From NCBI GenBank assembly GCA_036785375.1, contig JAWMAR010000015.1, positions 2,914,001 to 2,978,000 on the forward strand: a stretch of DNA of 64,000 nucleotides. The letters are read 5' to 3'. The stretch is from Leucoraja ocellata. Lineage: Eukaryota. The position numbers were made by a program, and so were the translations under genes. A model generated the notes under the pieces. The model was not told the origin of the DNA. It saw nothing but the letters and a program-made list of their open reading frames with translations, and searched no databases. Positions 11,501 to 24,300 of this stretch are shown in pieces. Each line of letters starts with the position of its first letter. Within the stretch, counting starts at the first letter, position 1.

Positions 11501-14157
11501 CCTATGTTGCGTGAAAAGGGTTTTAGTTATGAGTAGTAGATTGGCTGGATTTGTTTTCCCTATATGAAGCCTCAAGGTGATCTGATTAAGGTATGTAATA
11601 TGAGGCATAGGTAGAGTCAGAAATCAGAATCTTTTCCCCCAGGTGTAGGGACGTTGAAAACACAAAGGCACGGGTTTAAGTAAAGAGAAAGTCGTTTTAA
11701 AGGAAATTTTGGGGGAAAGTCTTATTATGCAGAGTAGTTGTGGTCAGGAACTCGCTGCTAGAGGAGGTGGTGGAGAGATTTAGACCATCATTTAAATAGG
11801 CAATGCACAGAGGATACCGACCTAATGCAGGTGAATAGTGTAGATGGGCAAAATGGTGGACATGGGCACTGTGGTCTGAAGGACCCATTTCGTTACATTA
11901 CAACTCTGACTCCATGTCGACACCATCAAGAACCTACCTACAGCAATCTCATCTGATTCTCCCCACATTCTCCTCACCATGCCACAGATTCTACCACTCA
12001 CCTACACCCTCAGGGCAATTTGCACTGACCATTTTCACAAAACAACCAACGCATCTTTGGGATTTTGGAGGAAGCTGAAGCAGCTAGCAATTACGAGTTG
12101 TAACTTTACTAGCTGTTCATTAGCAAACAACTAATATTGTTTTTGTAATTGAAATATTTAATGTTTTTTTTTAAATTATGTTATCTATTGAGTACTGCGT
12201 TTATAAACCTGTTAAGTTGCTGCAAGTAAGAAATTCATTGTTCTATTTTCAGTACATATGACAAACATTCTTGACTCTTGATGAAAAGTTAACTGAACTC
12301 ATACAAGTGGTCAAGATCTGTATACTTACAAAGACCATTAGCAAGGACATGGTGAATCTGTGGAATTCATTGTCACAGAAAGCTGTGGAGGCCAATAGAT
12401 ATTTTTATGGGAGACATTGATAGATTCTTGATTAGTACAGGTGTCAGGGGTTATGGAGAGAAAGCAGGAGAATAAGGTTAAGAGGGAAGGATAGATCAGC
12501 CATGATTGAATGGCAGAGTAGACCATGGGCCGAATGGCCTAACTCTGCTCCTATAATTTATAAATTGATGATATTGTAGGCTGGGTCATTGCCCCTCCCT
12601 TATTAATCATCTAATTATATCACCCCTATTATTATGGCCCTGAGTTCATGTATGTGTGCTTCTTCAAATACCCAAGAATGTTGCGTTATGCACATCCTGG
12701 ATCTCTACAGATGCCCTATTTCATTGTGTTTAGACATTGAACATTGCTCAACTCACCACAGCTCCATCACTCACCCATCAACAACCTCCACCGATCGCAT
12801 CTCACACGCACGAGTCAGATGCTTCATAACAAGGCAGCACAGTAGATCGCACTTCACTCCATATCCCACTCCTCCAGATAATCAATCAACCACACATATC
12901 ATAAGATCATAAGTGATAGGCGTAGCATTAGGCTATTCGGCCCATCAAGTCTACTCCGCCATTCAATCATGGCCGATCTATCTCTCCTTCCTAACCTGCC
13001 TCCTCCCCAGATCCTCTGGTGCCCGTACCAATCAAGAATCTATCCATCTCTGCCTTAAATACATCCACTGACTTTGTCTCCACAGCCTTCTGTGGCAAAG
13101 AAGCATTTCTCCCATTTCTACAACGAGATAACAATAAACTTAAAAACAGCTGCAACAAACCAACGACGTGGAGAAACAATTATAAGACAGTCACAACAAA
13201 GGCACTATCACAAGATTCATCATACAGCCATCTGCATGAAGTGAGGAGATACAGTAGAGTCGGGATAGAATAGCTTGCAGCATGGCCTGAGGTAAGAGTA
13301 GCCTGGGTGCCAGTTTGCCCAATATTGCGTAGTGGTTCTGCAGCAGAGGGGTTTGATGAGGAATTTGATGTGCCAAGCTACAGATATTAGTTGTGCATAA
13401 AGAAGTGTTTGGGAACTCTGCGTTTATTGTCAAGGAGCACGAGGAAGGGCTTTTCGCAGACCCCATCCATTTCAGTTTGTAGTCGTGGCCAACTCTGCTT
13501 CCACACACAAAAAATAGATAACCCCTGAAATCCTCAACAGGCCAGGCAGCTTCTATGAAGGCAAACAGCATCAAATATTTCATTAGAACATTGATCCCCA
13601 TCCACTTAAAACATACAGTGTATTCTCCAGATACTCTCAATGCTTTTTGAAAAGTGGAAGCCTATTACAGCGTTCAGTATAATCCGACAAGTTGACAGTT
13701 TGATTTGCTTACACTTTTTTTTAAAAGAGCTTCTTTTGTATTGGCAATTGCAATGATTTGAAATAGTGATCCTCAGTCCTCCAAGGCAATACAGCTTAGA
13801 AAAAATATCTGCACAGAAGAAATCTATTCTCTGCTCATCCCCTCACAAACCTTGGAAATAGGCGATAATTTAAAATGTAATATAGTTGGGATTTTTAGAT
13901 GAAGGCTCACAAAGCTTGGATCGGTAACTTGATGGGAATAATTATCACTTTCAAACCCCAGAGATGTGGGATGAAGAAAGTGACAGCCCGTCACATTGCT
14001 TTCAGCATGGACTCAATGCACTCTCAGCATCATCTGTAGTCACATGAATGTCAGCAGGTATAACACACTGGTACCTTGCAGAGTGCTGATTCATTACAGT
14101 GCACTTGATCCTCCATTGCAACCGCTCACAGATATATAACCCTCTGCAGCAGTAACC

Positions 14158-14428
14158 TGCAGCGGTAGAGCTGCTGCCTCACTGTGCCAGAGACCCGGGT
14201 TCGATCCAGATTACAGGTGCTGTCTGTGGGGTGAGTTTGAACTTTCTCCCTGTGACCACGTGGGTTTTGTCCGAGTGTGGAGTATCGTTCCACATTCCAA
14301 AGACGTGCAGGCTTGTAGGTTAATTGGCTTCTGTTAATTGCCCCTCGTGTGTAGGATGTGAACGTGGGATTACATAGAACTCGTGAATGGGGTGTTCGAT
14401 GGTCGGTGTGGACTCTCTGTATCTCTAA
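14158..14428 (+). mobile_element. HE1-type V-SINE
   Basis: gcagcggtagagctgctgcctcac...gacccgggttcgatcc head and core. Confidence 0.78.
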
Positions 14429-15409
14429 CCTCCAAACCAAACTCCGCATTTTAAAATACACCTCCTCAGGATTGTGCGCTTCTGTGCCAGGAACCGGTCA
14501 CAAATTCCTCTCACCCACTAAGGCCCCCTCAGCAAAGAATCATCCATGGATCAGTGTTATGAGGCTGCCTGTGTTAGGCAGGTCAAGGAGTCCCGAGACC
14601 CCTCAAAGATAGGTTGTACCCCAGGGTTGCTGGGGTCTGGCAGAACCTGGTCCACATGTTGACAGTCCGCCCAGATCCAACGGTCTCTCCTGCAGGATGT
14701 GGTGGAAGCTGCCGTCTCCTCCTCTTCAGCCCAAAGATTTACCGAGGGCAAGAAGCTCAACTTCTATTGTCCAACAGTTAACGAGAGGACACACGATAGA
14801 AACATAGAAAATAGGTGCAGGAGTAGGCCATTCAATATGATCATGGCTGATCCTCCAACTCACTATCCTGTACCTGCCTTCTCTCCATACCCCCTGATCC
14901 CTTTGGCCACAAGTGCAACATCTAACTTCTTCTTAAATATAGGATCTGGGAATATCCGATGCAGGTACGCAGCAATGCCCCAGATGCATGTACTCAGCAA
15001 CCCAGAGCAGCTGGCTTGCCCTATTTCTCACAACTGTCCCTACAGGCTGCCTCTCCACGCAGAGCTGTGGATGCACTGCTGCGACACACCAGCAATGGTG
15101 GGGGAGGAAAGAAGGAGGGTTCACATCAGGTTCTGGGCACCCAGGCTGCAATCACAGCAGCAGCACCAGTGGGGAGGCTGAGGATTATGCCCAATTCCCT
15201 CTCCGCAGCAAGCAGTAATGCATTCTCTTGATATTAGATATGCTCCAATTACCCTTTTTAGGGTGGATGCCATTTATGCTCTCATTCCTGGGAAAGCATA
15301 CCAAATGCTAAGCTAAGTCCAGGAAAACACAAGTGTGTAGTTTAGAGGGTGAGATTTAGGCATTGCAATTAGTCAGAGTCATACAGCATGGAAATAGGCC
15401 CTTCTGCCC

Positions 15410-16065
15410 ATCTCCTGACAGCCATCTACATTCCTCCGCATGCGGACGTCAAGCTGGCTGTGAATGAACTGTGCTCCACTATCAATAATCTTGAGACAAA
15501 ACACCCATGAAGTCCTGGTCGCTGTAACTGGAGACTTCAATCAAGCCAACCTCAGGGCATACTGCCAAAGTACTTTCAGCATGTCCCTTGTCCTACCGGG
15601 GCCAGAACACCCTCAACCACTGCTACACATCGGTAAAAAACGCATACTGCTCTATTTCTCGGCCACATTTACAAAAATCTGAACATCTTGCTGTATGTCT
15701 ACTCCCTGTCTACAAACAAAAACTGAAGCAGGAAGATCTGGCACAGAGAGTATTAAATGCTGGTTGGCAGACACTGATGACATCCCACACAACTGCTTTG
15801 AGTCAGTGGACTGGTCCATATTCAGAGATTCTGCAGCCAACTTGAATGAGTACTCCACTGCCGTGACTGACTTCATCAGCAAGCGCATAGAGGAGTGTGT
15901 GCCGAAGAAGACAATCCGAGCGCTCCCCAACCATGGATGAACCGTGAGGTACATTGTGCACTGTGGACGGCTCAATTGTAATTATGTATTGTCTTTCTGC
16001 TGACTGCATAACACGCAACAAAAAGCTTTTCACTGTACCTTGGCACACGTGACAATAAACTAAAC
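15410..16065 (+). mobile_element. Rex1/Babar LINE fragment (APE endonuclease and linker, joined to a 3' tail)
   Basis: AIYIPPHAD...GDFNQANL...NTLNHCYT...SEHLAV...VDWSIF with frameshifts and stops; tail gtgacaataaactaaac. Confidence 0.75.
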
Positions 16066-16530
16066 ATACACGCTGGTCAAGATGACCCATCTAAGCTAGT
16101 CTCATTTGGCCGATATCCTTCTAAACCTTTCCTATTTATGTACCTGTCTAAAGTGTCTTTTAAATGCTGTTATAGTATCTGCCCCAGCTACCTCCTCTGG
16201 CACTACATTCCCTATAACACCACCCATTCAAACCAGATTCATAATCAGACTTGAAATGGCTTTATATGTGATGAAACAAGGTGCAATGAAGGCAAAGCCA
16301 TGTGGATTAACATCAAAGGCATGGAGAAACAGACCATATTCAAGTAAAGGCTGCAGAAACTACACTGAAGTTTAATAAAAATATGCATATCACATCTTAC
16401 ATTGATGAAGCCAACTGCATTGGATATTTTCAATTGTTACTGAAGAGCAATGAGTTGGCCAGACCTGGAACATTTTCGTTTCTGATTGTACCTCAGTATC
16501 GAGTATTCCGATCAGCATTCCAGAAGCTAA

Positions 16531-16903
16531 AAGGGCCTGTCCCACTTTCACGTCTTAATTCAAAACCTCTGCCGAGTTTAAAGTACCTAAAAAAAAAATC
16601 AAGATCGTGGTAATCTACGAACTCCTACGACCTTCCACGACTATTTCAATGCCCTCCTAACGAGTAAAAAGTTGCAATTTCTTTCATCCCGACCATTTTT
16701 TTTAAACCTGTGGACATTTTTTATCGGGCTGGAAAAAACGTCCCGACTTACCCGATGCCACGAGTACCTACGGCTAGCATAACGGGCCGCTACGATATAT
16801 CCACTAACTCCTACGGACTCGTTACGAACATTCTGCGAGTTTGAATCAAGGGGAAAACTCGGGAGAATTCGTGAATTACCTCGTGAAAGTGGGACAGACA
16901 CTT
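16531..16903. mobile_element. PIF/Harbinger-like MITE, second family
   Basis: Terminal inverted repeats agggcctgtcccactttcacg..taattca / tgaatta..cgtgaaagtgggacagacact; TAA-like flanks; internal ctacga repeats. Confidence 0.75.
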
Positions 16904-17059
16904 AACCCATCCACTCCTCACATTCCAGCTAAGGAAAGCTAAAAATAAAACAACATTCTCAATCTGAATTATTATGCCATTGAGCCAGTCAGAAGTGGGC
17001 AAAGTGGACAATGAGATTGCGAGACACAAAATGCTGGAGTAACTCAGCGGGCCAGGCTG

Positions 17060-17290
17060 GAGAGTTGGTAATATGTGGAATTCTCTGCTACAGAAGACAG
17101 TGGAAGCCAATTCACTGGATGTTTTCAAAGGAGAGTTAGATATAGATCTTAGGGCAAATGGAATCATGGGATATGGGGAGAAAGCAGGAACGGGGTACTG
17201 ATTTTGGATGATCAGCCATGATCATATTGAATGGCGGTGCTGACTGGAGGGGCCGAATAACCTACTACTGCACCTATTTTCAATGTTTCT
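17060..17290 (+). mobile_element. HER1/CR1 3' end
   Basis: Same 3' UTR as 844-1176. Confidence 0.8.
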
Positions 17291-17526
17291 AAATGGATAG
17301 GTGATGTTTCAGGTTGGAACTTTTCCAGATACATGGGATTGTGATCCTTTTTTAAGCAATAAGTTGCAGAGGCTAACAGAATGCAATAATATAAATAAGG
17401 GTTACATAACTGAGATATGTAGCAACGACAAAAGGATTAACCTAAAAGGGAGAATAAAAACATTGATAAAGTCCCACCACCAACCGAGAATGTGCATAAA
17501 CATTGGATTAATTTTAAACTAGGAAG

Positions 17527-17532
17527 TTTATT
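17527..17532 (-). terminator. Candidate PNPLA8 polyadenylation signal AATAAA (alternative ATTAAA at 17766-17771)
   Basis: tttatt on + strand about 570 nt after the stop codon, in AT-rich repeat-free DNA; no transcript evidence. Confidence 0.5.
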
Positions 17533-18097
17533 CATATGCATGAGAAAGTGGACGTTACAGTATCTTACAATTATTTCAGTAAACAGGGTAACTGAATTAT
17601 TTGCCGAATGGTAGATAGACTATGCTCAAATTGCTGATGTTTATACAGTTTTCAAACTATACTGGGCAGGGATTGAACATTTTGTGGTGTGGTAGAATAA
17701 TTCTTCAGGGTAGATTAAAATATTATACTTTCAAACAGCATGATTGTGTTACAGCTTAAACAATGTTTAATATTTTCACATCTATAAATATAGTTATGGC
17801 ACAAAAAAGAATGAACTCAACCAACGCAAAATAGATTCACTATAATCACAAAATACGCTGAGCATTACGGGAGCGCCAGTTGCACTCATAGGAAGCACAT
17901 TTTACAAGCATGATGAGAATGAAACTTGATGAATAATCTACAGGATAAGCAGCACTGCTACTTACAAAACAGAGCTAATTCAGTATCAGCTCAGATTCCT
18001 GATTGTTTTTAAGCTTTTGAGCATGGATTGAATATCAGTACGATGGAATTACATTGATGTGACTGCTAACTGGAATTTAGAAATTGAGAATTTTAAA

Positions 18098-18372
18098 TTA
18101 CAACTTGGAAGTCAGAGGAAGACCTTCGTACATATCTGCTTTTAATTTAAACCAGTCGGATACTTTCTGAAGCAAGTCCTTCTCCTGACAAAGTATTTTA
18201 GCAGCCTTCCTGAGCTTAGGTTCGTTCCGTTCAAGGTACTGAGTTCCATCCATTTGGAGCTGATTCAGCTTTTCTTTACGGTTTTCATCCAAAACGATAT
18301 CCTCACTCAAGAAAGGATTGAAACGGAAATAGGTGTCAGCTGGCAGAAGAGCATCAAGCATGGTGTGAACTT
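18098..18372 (-). CDS. PNPLA8: PNPLA8 terminal coding exon, ends in PTS1 (SKL)
   Basis: (E)[19 protein letters not shown]...[12 protein letters not shown]; tttcag| acceptor at 18373-18374. Confidence 0.96.
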
Positions 18373-21300
18373 CTGAAATAAATGTTGGAAAGGATATTAC
18401 AGAGGGACTAAGAAAGGCAAAAGCAAAACTGAATCAGACGGTACATGCAGAATCAAAGCTAGGTGTGCACATTGCATTAGTTTCTATGCACTACTTTGTG
18501 CAATGTGTTTAACGCCAGAGTGTCAGTCCATCACAGTTTCCACAGCACTGAAAATAAACTTAATGAACTAAATGATGTTTAATTTCTACAGATTAAAGAA
18601 TATTTTGCATGTGGGTTACATTATCACAATGATCATTCCTAACATTAACCTAACACGTTAAAGCCAGAGATGGGACACAAAATGCTGGAGCAACTCAGCA
18701 GGTCATGGTAGCATCTCTGGAGGAAAGGAATAGGTGATATTTCAGGTCAAGACCTTATTCAGTCTGTTCGATGACCTTTTGACTTTCAGTCTGAAGGGTC
18801 GACCCAAAAAGTCACATATTCCTTTTGTCTAGAGATGCTGCCTGACCCGCTGTGTTACTCTAGCTTTTTGTGTTTATCTTTGGTGTAAACCAGCATCTGC
18901 AGTTCCTTCCTATACATATTAAACCCAGATGTTGTTACACACCCCCTGATGTTGTTACACGCCAGTGTCTAAATACAGCGCTACGTATCAGTGCATCCCC
19001 TTGTACAATAGCCCTCATAACCATCAAGGGAGACCTCTGTACAATGCTGCACAGTATTTTGATTTGTGGATTTAATATTCTACCTGTGAATATTATGTGA
19101 AAAATGTGAAAAATGTAATTATGTTGTGTCTGGGTCTATTTGTGTGTAATGTATGGCTGCAGAAACGGCATTTCGTTTGGACCTCTAGGGGTCCAAATGA
19201 CAATTAAATTGACTCTTGACTCTTGACTCTCTTGACTACCTCCAGATCATTGGCAATTTTGAACTCCTGTTTGATGGATTTTTGACTACAATTTATCCAC
19301 TCTATCATGAGGTCTCTGTTAACACTGTCCTATGCTCCATCTCAGCTCCTCCGCAAAAACCCTTATTCTTGTCTTTTTATGATTCTACCTCCGACCCTAA
19401 TCTGGGATAAAACAGCCACGGGTAATGGCATTAAAAACCATTGCCATTGTCAGAACCCTTCACTCCATCTGTTTAACTGAATTCAAACAATCTTGCAGAA
19501 AGAAAAATTGCTCCAATGGTGAGCTGAAGCAGCAAAGGGTAAGTCCATACATTTAACCCACTGTGAAACTACCACCTCTGACATGGAGTAAGTTTAGCAT
19601 TGGCATTGACAAAATAGATTTTCAAGTTGGAACTATTTTTTTTAGAATTCGAACAGAGTTGTTGGGAGTCAGATTGCATGTTGCCTTCTTGTCTGAGGCT
19701 GAGGACTCTCCCCCAAGAAATAGAGGCCGACCGTGCTCAGCCTTTCTCCAATACTGAACAAAGGCTGTTAGTTATGGAGTCAGAGTGGAAACAGGACCTT
19801 CAGCCCAACCTGTCCACACCAGCCAACATGTCCCAGCTACACTAATCCCACCTGCCTGTGTTTGGTCCATATCTCTCCAAACCTGTCCTATCCATGTACC
19901 TGTCCAGCTGTTTCTTAAATGTTGGGATGGTCCCTGCAATTTTCTTGTTTCATGTACCAGCGTCCCTAGAATGCCATTGCAGCACCATATTTTGAAGCCT
20001 TGTTCTGTTTAAATATTGATTTGCTTTATTGTTCTTACAAAGCAGATAACCTCATATTATATTGCATTTGACAATTTCTTGCCCACTCACAACCTATCTA
20101 TATCTCTTTTTGGATTATCTGTCCTTGTTACCCACTGTCTTAGTATCATTAGAAAATATCTCTCCAGTGTATCTCTCTCCATCCAAGTAAATTGTCGCGG
20201 ATTCAGCACCGAACCTGTTGAAAATTACCTTCTTATGCCAACTCTGATTATTGTTAGCCTGCTACACCCCTATCTACTGCAATATCTGCCCCTGGATAAG
20301 GGGACAGGGAGGGGGAGACAGAGCAATTGACAGCATGCATCAACTTGCAATGCCAGTGTTTGAAAATATCTCAGCAGGCATCCACTACAGGGGGCGAGTG
20401 GCTTGCATTATACAAGATTTGCTTCCATTACAGACACACAATAAAAAGTGTCTGTCTGCTTCGAAGATGTACAAATAGTTACAACTGCACGAATGAGCAA
20501 TCCCAGCAGTATACCACCCGCTATAATTATCTAAATGTGTCCATCCACAGCAATACCTTTAGGGTGGTAAGGCAAGTTACAAGTAAATGATAAATGGAGA
20601 CAGTCACTGGTATCCAACCTGTAAGCTCTAGATACCAAACTAGTCATGAACACAAACATGAACAATGAACAATGAATGGCAAAATGTCATAGCAAATATT
20701 AAATTCATTATTATAAGTATTTTCTGGCTTGACGTAACAAAACTCAGGGTGCAATTCTGGATATGCATTTTGTGATATGATAAATGCAGTGGGGTAGGTG
20801 ATGTTAATGGATTAGACTTGCTGCAAACTGAATAATCAGATCTTGAATCTGAGATACATTAATTCAAAATGAACTGCAAATTAAATTATATTCCTCAGTA
20901 CTGCAATGTTGTGGCAATAATTCTTAATTGCCAATAAAACCATTCAAACGGAAAAATATTCTTATCAGTAATGTGCACATATTAGTCATTTTGGATCGAA
21001 TCACTGATGAAGCATGCTTTTAACTGAATTGCACAAGAGGATTACGTGGATGCTGTAGGATGATATTATTGAAAAAAAACAATGAAAGAACACCACTGAA
21101 AAATTGAATCTTTTCTGATAATAAAGATCAAGGTAGAAATGAACCGCAATTTGTCATAGTTCTCTTGCATTTTATTAATGCCTGCAACAAATTGACATTC
21201 TTGCAGTTTAAACAGTCAAGTTATTTACTGAGTTTCATTATTTTGTCTTATTCATTCTGTTTTTTTGTGCATCGTGGACATTTAAGAACAGTCTATTATA

Positions 21301-24300
21301 TTTAAACCCTATGAAAATTGAAAAAAGAAAATATCTGATAATCTGTGAATGTGTCTCAATGGGTCCACAATGCAGTTCCAGAGATAACAAAATGTCAGCC
21401 AGTTAATTGCAACAAATCTCAAATAGATCTCCACGAGCTGTTGTGCTGCATTAAATATTATAGGAATGGTGAAGAAACACCATCATTTTTTGAAAAATCA
21501 TTTAGATAATAGTGGGCTGGGGGATAAAAGGTAGTTTCCAGTATTCGGAAACAACATGGAAGGAAAATTAAAGTGGGTATTGCTTTTAAGGCAAGGGTGT
21601 CCAATTAATTACATCAAGAAACTGGTCTTCGAAGGTTATTTATCTTATGCCTGTTTGAGATCTTATTTCAGCCGGTTTGTTTGGTGTTTTTACTTTGGAA
21701 CTGAAGGTTCTGAAATTACAGTTTGTTTCGCAGAGATGTCTTGCTGGTGAACCAATCTTAAATTAGAATATCTTGATATTCATATGTGAGTGTATGCAAC
21801 TTCTGGCCTAATGAGGACATTAATTTGAAGCTTTGTGTGTGGCAGAGTGACCTGTGAGAATCTCAAGACAGTTTAAGGAAAAATGAATGCAAATTAAAAG
21901 TGTACAATTGTTTAAGGTGGTTGTAATACTGTATTATTAATCTGACTAGAATAATTGAACAAAAGGAGGCAGTGATGGATATTCCAGCTGAAAAGATTAA
22001 AAACATTTAAACAAATGAGGGCCCCCTTTAACATATTCCGAATGCAAATTGTAGCTTTAAACGGCTGCTAATGTTTAAAATCGACATGGCTATAAAATAA
22101 TTTCATTTATGAAAGCAGTGCTTATCGTGGATTGTGCTGTGCATACTTATACTCTCATTGAGTCCATGTTTGTCACTAATATCCAGCAAAACCTAGCCTT
22201 TGCCACTTGTGTGATAGATTTCTCCCTGAATCTTGTGCAGTAAGAGTCCAGTGAGATCTGTATTCAGGAAGGATTCCACTAAAGTTATTGTACATTTTAC
22301 ACAGGTACAGATACATACAGCTTTTCAATAATCATCCCATCTTTTAACAACTCACCACTTTGCATTATTGTCAAAATGATCACCAAAATAATTGTTTTTC
22401 ATTTTAAACTGTTTCAAAAGGCAGCTATGTGGGGTGGATCTTTCACAAGGTAAATCTGCTATTGAAGTTATTTAAAGCTATTGAAGTTATTTTAAATTAC
22501 CTTCAGAAATCAACATTTTAGTCACTAACCTTCCGTATCAGTTGCACTGCTTATTACGTTAGTCAGTTTGGTTTTAAGACTTGTGTAAGTCACGTTGTTT
22601 TTCCCCAATGTTTCAAAACGTCCCGTTCCAAGTGAGATCACACATTGAAAGGGTGTGTTTGGCCAAATGCGTTTGCACTCGTGTATGGCCAGTGCACAAG
22701 GATTGTTGATGAGCAAGCCACCATCCTAATGGAGAGGGAAAAAAGGTTTAGTTATTATGACAATACATTTTACATACCACACTGGCTTTTTCTTGAAGTT
22801 ACAACATTTTAAAGCATAGGTAGGTCATGGAGCTTGAGATCTAAACTGTCCTCACCCTCTCTCCTTGCGAGTCATAGGATTTTCACCAAAGGTGGAAACA
22901 CCGACTCTTCTCATCTCTTCAACTACAGGAAAACCTCGCCTTTATCATCAGTGTGAGAGAATTGAAATTTGGCATTTGTGATTTGAAATAGTGTTTCCAT
23001 GCTGCCTTTGTCAATTAATAATATTTACCAAATAATCTGAACAGATTTTTTCTAAAATTCATTCTCAGCAAATGAAAGGCCAGCTGCAAACTAGGATTAA
23101 AAATATTTCTGATCTCTTGGTTTATCCAACTCAAAATAGATAAGCACTATCTAAAGTCTATGGAGTCTTGTGATTGAAGCAATAAAATAGAAGCTCCGAT
23201 AAATCAGATATAAAGATGGTGAATGTCAATCTTGGATTATAAATAACATCTGGTATCTTATAGATCGATGACATACCATTTCAAAACACTCTTAAGGGTG
23301 CTGTATCAAAACCAAAATGATTATGATTTTAGTTTTATCTGGCCAAGATGTGTGGCTAATACAATTACTTAAATTTATGTAGATCTTGTAATCTTGTACA
23401 TTAATCCCAGAGACAAAAATTCTTGAAGATTAACGATCTCAGATTACGTCAGAGGAGGTCACAAAGAGGTGGAGGCTGCTGGAGAATATGAAAACAAGGA
23501 GAGCCCTCAGAGGTCTGAGATCATTAACCACTCTTCAGCCATCTTGGCAAAATGAATAATGATGTTAGGTGCAAATAAGTGAAAGGTGTTACATTTGGGG
23601 AAGTAAAACCAGGGCAGGACCTTCACAGTGAATGACAGGGCTCTGGGAAGTGCTGTTGAGCAGAAGGGTCTAGGAGCAGGCACATAGCTCCTTGAAAGTG
23701 GCATCACAGGTAGATGGGGTGGACAAGAAGACTTTTGGCACATTGGCCTTCATCAGTCAGGGTATTAAGTATAGAAGTTAGGATATGTTACAGTTGTACA
23801 AAGCGTGGTAAGGGTAATTTGGAGTATTGTGTTCGGGTTTTGGTCACCCTGCTATAAGAAAGATGTTAAGCTGGAAAGGATGCAGAGAAGTTTTACAAGG
23901 ATATTGCCAGGACTTGAGGACCTGAGCTCCAAGGAAAGGCTGGGCAGGCTAGAATTTTATTCCTTGGAGATCATAAGGATGTGGGGTGAATTTACAGAGC
24001 TGTATAAGATCATGAGGGAAATAGATGTAATTTATCGAGAGAAGGGGAATCAGGAACCAGAGGACATAGATTTAAGATGAGAGAGGAAAGATTTAATAGG
24101 AACCTCAGGGTCAACCTTTTTCACACAGATGAGGATGGGTATATGGAAAAAGCTGCAGGAAGATGTCGTTATGGCAGTTACAATAAAACATTTAAAAGAC
24201 ATTTTGGACAAGTGCATGGATAGGAAAGGTTTAGAGGGATAAGGGTCAAACTTGGACAGCAGGGACTAGTGTAGATGGAGCATCTTGTCGGCCTGGGCAA

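Noticed and set aside
13191-13640. 149-aa minus-strand ORF
   Set aside because: No recognisable motif, non-ATG start and no companion exons.
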